Below are positions 10,869 through 25,817 of a stretch of 64,000 nucleotides of DNA, piece after piece. Each line of letters starts with the position of its first letter. The first letter of the stretch is position 1. This DNA is from Rhizodiscina lignyota (taxonomy: Eukaryota). Both the position numbers and the translations under genes were made by a program. Under the pieces are notes generated by a model that saw only the letters and a list, made by a program, of their open reading frames with translations, had not been told where the DNA came from and made no database searches. The DNA is taken from NCBI GenBank assembly GCA_010015805.1, contig ML978128.1, positions 1,240,001-1,304,000 of the forward strand, written 5' to 3'.

Positions 10869-11973
10869 CTACAGCAAAAGTAACTTGCCCTCCTGAGCAA
10901 TGCCGCCTCGATAGAGCTCCTTAATCACTTTCCCTTGCAGTATTGTCGAAGCGACAATGCCTTCAACATGTTCTGGTCTTACTCTTCCATACCAAATGCC
11001 TGAACCAGCCAGTGGGTTCTCAGGAAAGGAAGGTGGCACGTAGATTATGACGTTGCCAGCAAACTTGTGGCCGCCAATGTGACTGATCAAACCAACCCGA
11101 GCAGTCGGCTTCTCAGAAGCTCCTCCGAAACCAAGACTTCCCACAGCTCCCTGGAGCACCTCGAAGCCTTGCATGGTGAGCTTCTCTTCGAACTCAGATC
11201 TGAATAATGGTCCCATGGTGCCACAACGAGAATCGCGACCACCGTGACCGCAGATCAAGACCAGGACTTCTTGCACGGGCCGTGATCCTTTGAACTGATC
11301 CTGCAGCGCTGTATCACGAAGCAGATTCTGCTTCTGTTGCTCCGGGAGAACCGAATGCATCTGGTGTAACTGAGTCGGCAAGACGAACGCTTTCACCATT
11401 TGTTCGAGACCTTCTGGTTTCAACGGTATATCAGGGAGGTAGCGAAAGGAGGGTAGAAGGAATACAGAGCCCTTGTTGGACGATAGTTGATGGGGAGACT
11501 CGAACGAAGAATTCGTGATCATTACATTGTGGTATGGCTACGTAACATGTCAGATCATATGCTCCAAATACACAATAAATGCGGCTGCCAGCGATTTTGG
11601 GGTAACAAGAGAGCGTAAACCCACGAACGTCACTGAATTTGCCTCCCCGACCAAGGAGGTCTTTCAATCCTCGCGCCATAACAGATACCTCATCTTCCTC
11701 AATTTTGCTTGTCCAGTCATCTTTGCCGGTACTTATCAAGACCTGTTCAGCATATGGTGCCATTAGTCCATTTATGGAATGCTCAACATCGATGTCAAGG
11801 CCCGAAGGCATTGGTCGACACGCGCATGTTGGCGAAGGACAGGTTTCAATGATTGGGAAAGGCGGTGGTATATGCGCGCGAATGCGAGAGGCGGAGCGCG
11901 TCCATGTGAGAGGCCGAAGGCGTGGCAGCTGAGATTGTGGGATAGTTCTAGGAACTCGCCATAGCCACGACAT
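10869..11973 (-). CDS. AIM32: Sucrase/ferredoxin-like [2Fe-2S] protein (Aim32/Apd1 family), 2 exons
   Basis: CGHGGRDSRCG and HIGGHKFAGN ligand motifs, GIWYGRV; the Arg-rich presequence favours Aim32 over Apd1. Confidence 0.8.
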
Positions 11974-12485
11974 TCCCGATAGATCAGGCAACAAGAAGGT
12001 TAGGCGTTAAGGAGGTGAACAGCCGGCAAAACAAAAGTCTGGTGTCAGGATCACCTCCGATCACTTCCGCCGATCGCGTGAAGCTGTTTGCTCCTCTGCT
12101 AAGCAGCGTGCGGGCGCATTCGTCAGGTCCTGTGCGTCGTGTCAAATTCACTTTTACTTGCGCCTATGCAGCTGTGAAGGAGTGAACGTGAATTTCGGGT
12201 CGCATTTTGCCTCCATGTAGGTTGAAGCTTTCCTGCTGTGGCGCGTGATCCGAGGCACCAGCCACAGTTGTCGTAATTGGGCATCCCGTGCCTTCCAGGT
12301 TCCACGTTGCCCCGCGGTTCAATTACTGAGGTCTTGGCGACGATACCTATATTACCCTCCAGACACACCGCGCTCCATCCTGAGACTTGTTCCGATTTGA
12401 CCTTCCTTTCCCCTTGACCCTTCCCTTTGTCAGCCTCAACAACACCACCCTCTGTCTGCTCAAGTCGGATTCGCGCGAGCTCGAC

Positions 12486-13517
12486 ATGGCGGATTTCGCC
12501 CCGCCTACGGTATGTAGCTCACTCAGGCGTCCCTCCACGTAAGCGTCTGCTGCGCAAAGCTAATGCCTCATAGGGCCCACCTCCTCCAAAGGTGCCCGAC
12601 GGCTGGAAAGCTCAATGGAATGGTATGTCTCTATTTTCCCGCTGTTCGTTCATTGCGTTCGAGGATCCGGTGCCTTTCGACTGTTCAAAGGCTAACTCCG
12701 CGCAGACCAGTACAAAGAATGGTTCTACGTGAACATTTACACCAAGAGGTCGCAATGGGAGAGGCCCGATGAGCCAGTCTATCCACCCCCCTCTGGCGAT
12801 CCTGACGCTCCTCCTTCTTACGATCCTCACGCTGCGCAACACCTTGGCCCGGAGAAGACTGGCCTGAGCTCGAACAATCCCTACGGTCCCGGCGGTCCGG
12901 GAAGCTCAAGCCATCAGGATATCACCGAGGATGAGAGGCTTGCACGTCAGTTGCAAGAGGAGGAGAATGCGCGCGGAGGAGGATCGGATCGTGGTGCATC
13001 GGATAGCTACTACAGCCACGGCGGCTCGTACGGTGGAAGCCCACAGCCGCAGCATTACAACGACCAGCTGCCCCCGCGTCCGGACGATACTGCACGCGGC
13101 AGCAAAGGAAAGGGTTTCCTAGGCAAGCTGCTCGGTGGCAAGAGCCCGAAGCCGCAATATGGTCAGCAGTATCCACCCCCGCAGCAGCAGTCCTACTATC
13201 AGGGAGGCCCGCCCCAAGGACAGTACGGTGGACCACCTCCGGGACAATATGGAGGCCCTCAGTACGGCGGCTACCCTCAACAAGGCTATTATCAGCAACC
13301 GCAGTATTCTCCTCCCCCACAGCAGTATGGTGGAAGACAAAGTGGTGGTGGTGGATTGGGTGTTGGTACGGCTGCAGCACTTGGTGTTGGAGGCGGCCTT
13401 TTGGGTGGTGTTCTCCTGGGTGAGGCGATTGATGGCGGCGATGGCGGTGGTGATGGTGGTGGTGATGATGGCGGCGGAGATGGTGGCGGTGGCGACTTCG
13501 GAGGAGGCGACTTCTAA
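12486..13517 (+). CDS. WWM1: WW-domain, Gly/Gln/Pro/Tyr-rich protein (Wwm1-like), 3 exons
   Basis: Spliced product PPKVPDGWKAQWNDQYKEWFYVNIYTKRSQWERP, followed by GYPQ-rich region, GLGVGTAAALGVGGGLLGG and a DFGGGDF tail. Confidence 0.8.
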
Positions 13518-14149
13518 GTCGGCCAAATTGGGTCACAATTCTTCTGTGCTACATCATGAAGAGCAAAGACAGCTTCAGACACTGAACCGGAGTTTGGCAT
13601 TCACTATCATATCCTGTTTCCAGAAGTAAGATACATCCAGAATACTTTATTTGCAAATGTGCAAGTCTTTCGGTCTACCACTTTACGCGGAGTTTGCCCG
13701 TTGACCTCAATTCGGCTCAGATACTGATATCGAACCACCTCATATGCCAATGCCTAAGTTAGATCTGCCTTAGAATAAACTCACTCTGGCTCCTGTTTCA
13801 GTCGTTGTTGCAGAGTAATTCGAATTCGAGATATCTCTATTCGATTTGGGCAGGAGTGCTGGTAAACCAGACAGCTGGATTGCTATTGGAATATCAGAGG
13901 CCTCTACAGACGTAGAAGTTAAGGAGCAGCATGAATTAAGAGCCTCCCTCTTCTACTTGGATGAGATTGGTGACCACTCTACAACTGGGTTCCCATTGGA
14001 CTATGGAACGCTTCAGCAAGCATTAAGGGCAAAGCATCAAGGTCCAGTATCCAGACTTATTACATTGCTAGTGCACCAAGTTGTACAGCATATATCGTTT
14101 CATTTCTAGTGCGTGCCCAAGCCATCTTCACCTATGCACTTATAGAGAA

Positions 14150-15297
14150 TTAAGAATCCAGAACTTCTTCGGCGACCGCTTCGGCCTCGCGGTTGCGTTC
14201 TTGAAAGTGCTTCTCCTGCGCGTTTCGCACCATCTCCCCGACCCCGTTCATGATCCACCTGGATTCATCATTGAGCATGATGCCCACATTGCAGTCTTCA
14301 TGGCCATCCAGCGTCTCAATGATGTGGCGGGCCTCGATGAAAGCATCCAGGATCCCGCTCAGCGAGCAATCGAAGTGGATACTGGCCTCTCCGTCCTTGA
14401 AACGCGCATAGATTCCAGCCGATTTAAGCTGCTTGCAGAATACCATGAAGCCCTCCCCCTGCCTGGTCCTGCAGACCTTCGACATCATACTGCGAGAACG
14501 CAGGTCATCTTCCGCCATGGCCTTGGCAATCTCACAGCCACCACCGTCGACCAAGAGAAAGCGCGCCTTTATGAGAACATCTGCTAGCTTCTCGACGATT
14601 TCCGACTGGACGTTCGCGATTGTGTCTGGGACTGTGTTAATCATAAAGCCATTGCGCTAATGGTGTGAGACAGTTTTTACGTACCAAAGATGTCTGTGGG
14701 CATGCGATTCCAATCGAACTCGTAATTGACTCGACTACCTTCCACTAACAAGCGTGCCCTGAGGCATTCCGAGATCGCGGCAGGATTGTCGGAGACTATC
14801 TTCTCGGTTACCTCCTCCCTGACGAGGGGCTCGAAGTCGAAAGGCATATTTAATAGCCACGATACGAGAAGCACTGCAGCTTTGCGCGGGTCCGGTTGGT
14901 GGGCGTTGACATAAAGCGCATCGTATATCTTGATCCAGTGGCCCTTGAAATGCCTCACAAGATGAACCATGTTGTACTTGTCGCAGAGCACGGCCACGTT
15001 GACGAGAGTGTTGAACGGGAGATGGAACGACACGTCGTCGAACTTGAGGTGCGCAATGTTGAGCAATACAACCAGCGCGTTGACATCGTCGTCGGGCATA
15101 GCTATGTCTGGGAAGAAGGAGAATTGTGTGTCGTCGGACTTGTCGTTGTCCTTCATCATCTTCGCCCATTTGCTACTTGCGAGCGACATTGCCTTTTTAG
15201 ACACCAGCATGCGGACGTGTGAGCCATCCTCTTGGAAGCCGACAAGCAGAAACAGGTTTCCAGCGGGGTCAAATGTGATGTCCTCTATGGTTGCCAT
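14150..15297 (-). CDS. Fungal BTB/POZ-domain protein, 2 exons
   Basis: ITFDPAGNLFLLV, MLVSKKAMSLASSKWAKM, MPDDDVNALVVLLNIAH, VAVLCDKY; a GTACGT...CCCAG intron joins the 14150 ORF. Confidence 0.75.
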
Positions 15298-16460
15298 GTC
15301 GATGTTTTGAATGCTGATATCCGTGTAGAGAAGGAAACTTGACAAATGGCGCCGATGTTCAATGGAAGACAGATGGGAGCGTTGTTGCAGGTTGGAAGCA
15401 TGTTTGAAAGAGAGAACGTTGTTGTGTTGTTAAATACTGCAGTCCAGCGCGGTGTTGCTCCCAGTTAGATGAAACGAGTTTTATCCCACCTTCATGTGTT
15501 GGAAACGATATAAGCTAGCTCAAGGTTGACACCGCTCTGACATCGAAAGCGATATAGACTTCTTTTCACTCAGCCTTGCTCCCTGCATTTTGAATTTTGT
15601 TGTGTGATGTGCCACACATTGAGTGGGGTATCTCAAAGTCAGACGGACAGCAGCCCAACGGTTTGCCCGCACCATACGGGAAGCCTCGTGCGAATTAAGC
15701 CCACTGGAATCTACCGATTTGTAACTACTCCAGCTGCCAGTTGTGGCCAGTCCTCTTATATCGCTCTTCGATTCAGGCGAGATCCCGACAGCTGCCCTTG
15801 ATGTCAACCTTCATTAGTGAAGCAAGTTCAGAGATTCGCAGTACCGTGACATGTCTTAACCGAATGATGTCCAGTTCAGGAAGACGATCATACTCAGCTA
15901 CCTGTTCCAATTGGTGTGTAGTGCATCACTCCGGATTCTCCTTCGCTGTTGCTTGAATAATTAAATAGAAAGGGGCCTATGAAGTTCGAGGAGACGAGCA
16001 ATGCAATGGGCATTAATGACTTAGCTGGGAGGAAGAAAGACAAGACAAGATCCTGCCAATGAAACTCTTCGAGATTTGATCAGACAGATGTATTCATCCA
16101 AAGAAGATAGTCAAATACTACCACCCACCACTTGACAGATGTCGGGTCTCTCATCAGTTCGAAGTCGAGGTCACCTAATCGGTGCGGCATCTCCGGAGAG
16201 GCCTCGGCCGCTTCGATCCTGAAAAGGACTCGAGCTTCCATAAAGAGAGCTAGTGCTCGATTGGAATGAGCTTACAACTCCTATCGGTCTTCTCATGGAC
16301 GACAAATGTCTCATGAGAAGACAGCAAGGACGCGACGAGGTCTTAGCCGGGACACCGCATAGGGTTAGGGTTATCGGAGTCTTTATCGATTAGACACCTT
16401 CGAAGCTATTCTCTTTTATCAACGTCATTAGACATGCTGCTCTCTGAAACTTTGAAATAA

Positions 16461-17783
16461 ATGCCCTCAACTTTATCCCGGCTTTCTACCATCGGCAAAC
16501 AAATCTTGAATTCAAACATGACTGTACATACCGAGCCTAAAAATATTGTGATCATTGGTGGAGGGATAATTGGGTGCACAAGCGCCTACATGATCTCACA
16601 CCATCTATCCTTCGATCCCAGCAAAACCAGCATAACTCTTCTTGAAGCGACGAAAATTGCTGGTGGTGCTTCAGGGAAAGCAGGCGGTCTTCTAGCACTA
16701 TGGGCATATCCTTCATCTATCGTGCCCTTGAGCTACCGACTCCACAAGGAATTGGCGGACAAGCATGGCGGAGCCGAGCGATGGGGTTACAGAGCAGTGT
16801 ACTGTGGACAATTAGAAACAAAAGGGCGCTCTGTCACCGGGCCAACCGTTAACGGCAAAGAAGACAGACCGACCGACGAAGCAGATGGCGGCGCCTTGAA
16901 TGAAAATGGAGCAGAGAGCGTATCATTGCAGAAACGATCAAAGGAAGCTCTCGCAATGTTACGTGCGGGAGGAGTACCGAAGGGCCTGGACTGGGTAGTA
17001 CCTAACGCTGATATGGCCTACGATGATATGGGGAATCCGACCAATACAGCGCAGGTGCATCCATATCTGTTTACGACCTCAATGGCTGAGCTGGCGCAAG
17101 AGAAAGGAGTCAAGATTGTCTATGGGGCAGCCACAAGCATAGACCATTCGTCAAATGCAGTCACGGGCGTGACTTATGAAGACAAAGAGACTGGCGAATC
17201 AAAAACTCTAGAAGCCGATACAGTTGTCCTATCAGCAGGACCTTGGACACAGCAAGTCTATCCACCAGCGCCAATTGCAGCACTTCGTGCCCACAGCGTT
17301 ACAATCCGGCCGTCACGTCCAGTATCGGCTTATGCACTGTTCACACATATCATCATGCCAGGAGACAAAAAGACCGGTAGAAAGGCCAAGGGAGTGACTC
17401 CAGAAATCTACGCACGACCCAACAATGAGGTGTATGCGTGTGGGGAAGGCGACCATCTCGTGCCTCTGCCAGCAACGACGGATCTTGTTTCTGTGGATCA
17501 GCAACGGTGTCAGGACATTGTCGACCAAGTCTCTAGTATCAGCGATGAGCTGCGCGATGGAGAAGTCACTGCGAGACAGGCCTGCTATCTGCCGAATGTG
17601 AGCGCCGGCGGAGGACCACTGATCGGAGAGACAGGTATCAAAGGCTTCATCATGGCAGCTGGACATACATGCTGGGGCATACAGAATGGACCTGGCACTG
17701 GTAAGCTCGTGAGCGAATTTGTGTGGGAGGGTAAGGCGAAGAGTGCAAAGATTGGCTCATTAGATCCGAGGAGTTATATGTGA
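16461..17783 (+). CDS. TDA3: FAD-dependent oxidoreductase, DAO family (Tda3-like); start may be Met at 16518
   Basis: IVIIGGGIIG Rossmann motif, GASGKAGGLLA, TAQVHP, PEIYARP, GHTCWGIQNGPGTG. Confidence 0.85.
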   Translation: MPSTLSRLSTIGKQILNSNMTVHTEPKNIVIIGGGIIGCTSAYMISHHLSFDPSKTSITLLEATKIAGGASGKAGGLLALWAYPSSIVPLSYRLHKELADKHGGAERWGYRAVYCGQLETKGRSVTGPTVNGKEDRPTDEADGGALNENGAESVSLQKRSKEALAMLRAGGVPKGLDWVVPNADMAYDDMGNPTNTAQVHPYLFTTSMAELAQEKGVKIVYGAATSIDHSSNAVTGVTYEDKETGESKTLEADTVVLSAGPWTQQVYPPAPIAALRAHSVTIRPSRPVSAYALFTHIIMPGDKKTGRKAKGVTPEIYARPNNEVYACGEGDHLVPLPATTDLVSVDQQRCQDIVDQVSSISDELRDGEVTARQACYLPNVSAGGGPLIGETGIKGFIMAAGHTCWGIQNGPGTGKLVSEFVWEGKAKSAKIGSLDPRSYM

Positions 17784-17823
17784 GAGAATGCAAGTCTGCG
17801 TTGCCACATTCCGTCGCTGCAGC

Positions 17824-20800
17824 TTATTCTACTATTTCCTCAAGCACCCACCCTCGCCCGACTAACCGTTTTTGTTTCACTTTCCAGCTCCTCAGTGGCC
17901 ATGGTGTGCTCCCCTTATCTCCAATTAAGCTGACGACACACTCGCATATCCGCCTGTCTTGTCCGATCATCTCAATTTTCCCTACTGGCTTTCCCCATTC
18001 CAGCAAGGGTGTCTCTCGCGCAAGTACAGCCAACTGTGCCCCTGAAACAGGCGTCAAGGGATGCATGCGCACTTTGCCCGTGCTGTTCTTTTGGAGATGA
18101 GAATAGACTACGTATTGCGGAAGCTTTGCCGCGGACCGATGGGCGAGCAAAGAGTTTGGATGCAAGTACACGAATTTTTGAGAAGGATCCGTTCCAGTCC
18201 CGCCCATATATGAGGATTGGGAGGAGAATAAGGTGATGTAAGGTACATCTGTGGCACGGCTTGGTTTCCTTGACATTTCTGGAGGGACTGGTGCCAGATC
18301 CGCTCGGATTGCCACCTGGTCAATGAAACCCGCGGCCGTTGTCGTTCGTAGAAGATGTACTTCCGCATCTGATGGGGTAGGGACCTTCATACTGAAGGGT
18401 CCAACAGACCCGGGATGGTTTCGGCGGCTAATGGTTGTCAATTGCTCTCGTAGTTGCGTTGCCTCTTTCATCGCCTTGCCGCGGAGGAAGTTTGAAGAGC
18501 AAAAATCTTCTATATCTCTTTCGCTCTGGCGACCTGCAGCCTCCCAAGAGTAGGCACATAGAGCCGTGAAGAATTTGATAGCGTCTGAAGCAGCATCGAG
18601 GTTTGAAAACTGCGCTTGGACTCTATTGTAAGCCTTTCGTCGCGCTTCTCTTGCCGCCTTTTCCTCGTCAGACTCGTCGTCAGACACATTTTGTTCTCGG
18701 ATGTGGCCTGTCTGATTCTGAGGAATAAACATCTCTGGGGCAGAGAGAGCCGATACCAATGCAATGGTTAGAGACATGCATCCTTTGTCTTGACCAATGA
18801 GCAGCATACGCGAGAAGCGAGGGCTCAAAGGGAAACTTGACAGTCTCTTGCCCATAGGTGTAACATTGCCTTCCAGTGAGATTGCACCGAGGCACTGCAG
18901 CAGTCTTTCAGCCTTCTCGAGGTTCTTCCGATCCGGAGCTGTCGGAAATGGAAAGTTGATAATATTGGGCAGTCCCATGCCTTTCAGCTGCAAGACAACT
19001 TCTTCCATAGGCGTCCTTAGGATCTCGGGCTCAGTGTGTTTCGCAAAATGTGCCTCATATAGTGCACTAGAGTACAACCTGTAGCAGTGGCCGGGTCCCG
19101 TACGTCCAGCTCTACCAGCTCGCTGTGAGGCGCTCGCTTTGCTAATCCAATCAATCTCGAAGCTCTGGACACCGCTCCGCAGGTCATACTTCTTCTCTTT
19201 TGCGCGTCCGCAATCAAAGACGTATCGAATACCCGCAATGGTAAGACTGGTCTCTGCAATGTTGGTAGCGAGGACAATGAGACGAGAGCCATCCGGTGGA
19301 GGCTCAAATATTCGTAACTGATCTTTCGTGGGGAGCTGAGAGTAAAGCGGAAGCACGTGGACTTTTAGATCGGATGATGCTTGAATATCCTCAGCTGTCT
19401 GACCAACATCGAATTCTTCCTCGTCTTCGTTGTCGTCTTCATTCTCCTCGTCGAGGCCGTGAATATCTAAGTCGTCCTCAGATTCATCGTCTTCTAAACC
19501 TCTGTTCCTCCCGATGACCATATCTTCAGCCTCTAGAGGAGCTGATCAATGTTAGCAGTGTTTCGCGTAGTTATAGTAAATAATCTTACCATCAACCGCA
19601 GAAACTGTAGCATTCACAGCCTTGACAGCGCCAGTATTAGCGGTGGTCAGAGATTGCTTCAGTCTCTTCTCAAGAGCTACAATCTCATTCTGGCCAGTCA
19701 AGAAAACAAGCATTCCGCCAGGAGGTAGTTTTTTGTGTCCACGGCTGACTTTCTTGAACGCCTCCTCCACATAGTCCGACTGCGTTTTACGTGAAAAATG
19801 TATTGTGACAGGATACTGTCTGCCTTCCGCCTGAACAAGTGGTGGGGGCCCTTGTGGGAAGAGTCTCTGATTCTCGATGAAGTCTTTGATACGAAGCGTG
19901 GCTGACATGATGATCAACTTCAATGGTTTTCGAGACACATCTCTTTGCGCATTCTCAGCTCGAACGTTGAGTACGACTCGGCTGAGCATGCCTATGAGAA
20001 TGTCGGTATTGACACTTCGCTCGTGAGCTTCGTCGATAATGACCGCAGAGTACTTCTCCAATGAGATGTCTTGAGAAATCTCTCGCAATAAAATGCCATC
20101 AGTCATGAATTTGATTGCAGTCTCTTGACTGACATTTGAGTGATCGAAGCGAATCTGCGTAGAGTTAGGGACTGGAAATGGAACTACCGACTATGTAACG
20201 TACCTGATATGACACTTTTCGCTTGAATGAGCCCAGTTCGTTACCCACTCTCTCAGCCATACTGACAGCAGCAACTCTCCGAGGCTGAGTCACACCTATC
20301 ATGCCAGGCGTTGGACCAGACTTGTCGCCATAGCCAGCTTCAAAGAGAAATTGGGGGACTTGGGTCGTCTTGCCACTACCTGTCGCGCCCCAGATAACGA
20401 CAACATCGTTATTGTGGATGGCTTCCATTATCTTCTGCTCTTCAGCGACAACGGGCAGCGCTAGTCGAGCCTCTTGGATCTTGGAACTGCGCTCGACGTA
20501 CACGCTGTATGCTTTTCGAGAGCTTCCCTTCTCTGAAACTTCCAGCTCCGGTGGTAATGGATCGGATTCAGCAGGACGCGGCTCGAAATTAATGTTCTGT
20601 GGTAATTTAGGCACATCCATTACGGTGTCAGCGGATGGTGTAAAACCCAAGGCAGCATTTCGTTGTTGCGTCGCCCAAGCCTTGAATCCAGAGATGCCTT
20701 CAGAAGAGCTCTCATCGTCTTCGTCGGTATGTTCTTCTTCATCGCTTGAAGAAGAAGAATCACCTTCACTTGCTTCTTCGTCCGAATCATCTGATTGCAT

Positions 20801-21606
20801 CTCATTTCCAGACTCCTCGCTGCCTTTATCGTCGTCGGAGAAACCTTCCCACTCGGACTCAGAGCCATCGAGAGGTTTTAGGTGCTCATTCAGAATGATT
20901 ATCTGAGGCTTAGGCTGCATCACTCGCTGCCGCTTCTTAATAACTGGCCTTCTATCCTCTCCTAATTCCAAGGGCCGTTTCAGGCCGCCACCGAAAGAGG
21001 CTGCTTCTGGCCTGGAAATGGTCGGTCCAGTGGACTCCTGCTCGTCACCCATAGAAATGGCGGCATCGTCTGCTGTGCTGGTATTGGGCTCATCGTCGCT
21101 TAGTGGCCCGTTGAACGCGTCGCCGTTTGTATCGCCACGAGCACTTAACAAGATGGCATCATTGTCGGCAGAGTTAATGCCAGCTTCGCGTTCATGATAA
21201 GCTCTTGACAATGCGTCCCTCTTGGAATCCGTCACGGCGCCTAGTTTGCGAGAGCTGTGCAACAAGCTCGTATCGACTTTGGTTTGTGCGAGCTTCTTGA
21301 TTAATTCGAGGTTTTCCTCTTTTCGTAATTTCGTCTCCTGTAAGTCGTGAGAATACGCACACTCAAAACACCTTCATATAATCCTACAATGTACTTGTCA
21401 AGCCGCTTCTTCTTTTTGCTTGATATTTTCGGTTGTTGCGCCTGTAATTCTTTTCTTAATTGCTGCCGTCGCTCTTCCTTCTCTTTCTTCGAAGTTGGTA
21501 ACAGCTCCACGGTATTTGAATCGCCATTTTGGACAGCAGAGTTTCCTGTTGCCTTTTGACGTGCTAGTACCCTATGCTTCCTCTGCCGCGGCACAAATTT
21601 CGGCAT
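17824..21606 (-). CDS. DHR1: DEAH-box RNA helicase Dhr1/Ecm16 (DHX37), 4 exons
   Basis: MPKFVPRQRK start, GATGSGKTTQVPQFLFEAG, TQPRRVAA, DEAHER, MSATL, TNIAETSLTI, QRAGRAGR. Confidence 0.95.
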
Positions 21607-21802
21607 ATTCGTGTCATTGGAAAAAGTTCGTGATGGCGGCAGAACTGGGGAATTAAATTCGTTCTCGGAGCGAGCCGAGAGCGGCGAGAGCTTGTTCGCG
21701 CATCTCATTGGCCAGTCCTTAAGGTCTCTTTTGGAGACCGCATGTAGATGTCCACATTCTCAAGAGTCTATACAAGCGCAACTCTACTACACTATTGCTG
21801 AT

Positions 21803-22325
21803 ATGGCTTCCAGAGCCACCTTCGAGGTTCAGCTGGAGCCTTTTCCTGCTCGCTCAAGAACTGCGGCTGGAAAAGTGAACGGACTCGACACCGAAATTAT
21901 GTCAATGTCTTTCGCCGACAAGATCCTCATTACAATTTCACAAGGAGGTCGATTGGCCCACTGGGTAGACTATTCTTGCTATCTATTCTTGATCAGGCGC
22001 TTATATTTTACAGATACATGTTCCTCTTGATACAACATCTCCGGACCCTACCACCTCTGCCAGCGCGAATTTCAGCGATGACCCAGACGCTATGTCCTCA
22101 GACCTCCTACCTCGAGTTGATTTGACTGCTACGACCGTACTCGGAGGAACAGTACCAGAGCGTAACACAGTAGGACAATTAGTCGCAACGCAGACAGCTA
22201 GCGCGATTACCACGAAGAACCCGGACGAGAAGCGGCTTCTCGTTATGGGCCTGGGTCTTGAGAAGGCTGAGCTTGACAGAGCTGCCTTTATGGATTTGCT
22301 GGAGCTTGTTCTGGGGATTGTTTGA
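21803..22325 (+). CDS. Proteasome assembly chaperone 3 (PAC3/PSMG3-like), 2 exons
   Basis: FADKILITISQGGRLAHW|IHVPL, LTATTVLGG, RLLVMGLGL. Confidence 0.7.
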
Positions 22326-23290
22326 CCCCCTCTACATGCACCCAAGCATCCTACAATCACATTCACCATGATAAACTCGACACAGGGAGGACTGGCGAAA
22401 GCGATAGGCCGGGATGCGCAAGGAGACGGCTTGGTTCAGCCCCAAGATCATACCTCGCTCTTACATAGCGGTCCACTCGTCTTGTAACTGTGCTGGTTAC
22501 GGGTGTGACATGGCGTCTGACCTTCATGGGACAAGTGCGAGTAGGGGAAGGCGATTGCAACTCTTGTGAGTCTGTTGCCTGATGAGCTGGCCAAGACAAA
22601 AGGGAAACTTGTGAGCTATGACATGGTGCAGAGGACAGAGTGTAACTACTAAGCTATAGTGTAGGACAAGAAGTATTCGTTGACTGAGGGCACATTGAGG
22701 GAATGTCTCAGCTTAAACTTTCCCTCAAATGAATAATGTAGTGTTCCTTCTTCATGTTTGATGTCAGATGTGGGACTCGAACTCCCAATATTGCACTTTG
22801 GACTAAAGGCAGATCGGAATGATACATTTCTGGCAGAAGCATGAGGACACAGCGCATTCCGGCCATAATCACAGCACTTGGGGCGCATCACTCTAAGACC
22901 ATAAACTTCGTATTTCGATCGATCGGGAGTAAAAGGTAAGACGAAAGGGGCCAATTGCATATGAAAAAGGAGCATGTCTAGGCTACAATCTTTTCAGATA
23001 ATCTGCCATTGGGTTTCACAGAAGATCCCCCCAACTTTTATCGCCCGCCTACTACGCTTAACAACCTGAAGCACCCATCATTCCAAATGATCCGTTGCCT
23101 GACACTCGCAATTGTAATTCGAAGGGGAAACTTGACCGTAATATCTGTGTGAATCCCGGCGACGCCGCAGGGATAGCTACACGAGGCTGCGTCGGTGGGC
23201 TTGCGCTGGCTCGATTCTGTTTGACTACTTGATCCAGACCTGCTCACTGTTAGGAATTCGTTTGAGCATCAAGGGACGTTAAACATACCT

Positions 23291-24858
<1,568 letters not shown>

Positions 24859-25817
24859 TATTGCGACTTTACGGAATGTGGGGCGGTGAAAAGATGGTGG
24901 TGTCGGTGACTAGAGGAAAGCGAGTCGCAATGTCAATGTTTTGAAGAAGGGAGAGCTCGAGAGCCGCAGTGTGCAAAGCTGGTGCTTTGGAGAATGGTGT
25001 TTGCGACTTGGTGGTTGTGGTGTGAAAGTTCTTGCTAGGTGGTCGATGTGGTGCTTTGTGGGAACTCGGGTCTCTTGGCACAGTTAATCAGCGCTCGTTC
25101 CTACCCAATTTAGCGGGGAGGCTGGAGAGCGCGCCCACCTGCGTATCCGTACTTACTGATGAACGCTTACGCCGCTGATAGCAACCACTCTAAGCTCAAT
25201 TGAAGTTGGTTCTTGCACTGAGGGTTCAGCTCCGGCCCAAATGATATCTAATCTAATACTATATGTAACTTGGGAGCCTGGCGTTCCGTAAGCCAGAGCA
25301 AGAGCAGAGCCTTCCGCGTCATCACCCGCCACAGCACGCCTCTATTCCCGCGAAACAGTTTCTTTCAGCCTTCTTGGCAATCGCCTCGCTGACGTATACT
25401 CAAAAAATGCTGCCTAACAAGATCCGTGGTGTCTGCTCTCAGTAGCCTCTACGGACTCGATTGATGACCCTTTTCCGCCGGTCCTAAGGCCGTTTATCAG
25501 GGCCTCGGATCCGCCTCGTGGGGAGAGCTGACTGCAGATACGAAACGGAGGAAGCTCCAACGGAGGAGGGGTCATTGCGGAAGAGGAGCGGGGCGGGGAG
25601 GAGCGGAATGACGCGCCTCGAAGTCTCTGGAGGTTACTCGAAACAAAACGAATACTCGCGAAACCTCCGCGACACGTCCCTGCGGTCGTGTCAGTTGCAT
25701 GCTCAAGTCAAAAACAACACGGACTGCTTTTTCTTCAGACTAAGTAAACTATTTTTCTTAGGCGCTTTTTATACCAACTTCTGATTTCCACGATTCTCAC
25801 TCCAATCTCAATTCAAG

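Noticed and set aside
12922..13629. Long alternative-frame and antisense ORFs over WWM1, and similar ones over actin, RRP36 and CRT10
   Set aside because: Shadows of codon bias and low-complexity coding sequence on the real strand.
16360..16373. TAGGGTTAGGGTTA telomere-like repeat
   Set aside because: Only about two units within a promoter; too short to call an interstitial telomere.
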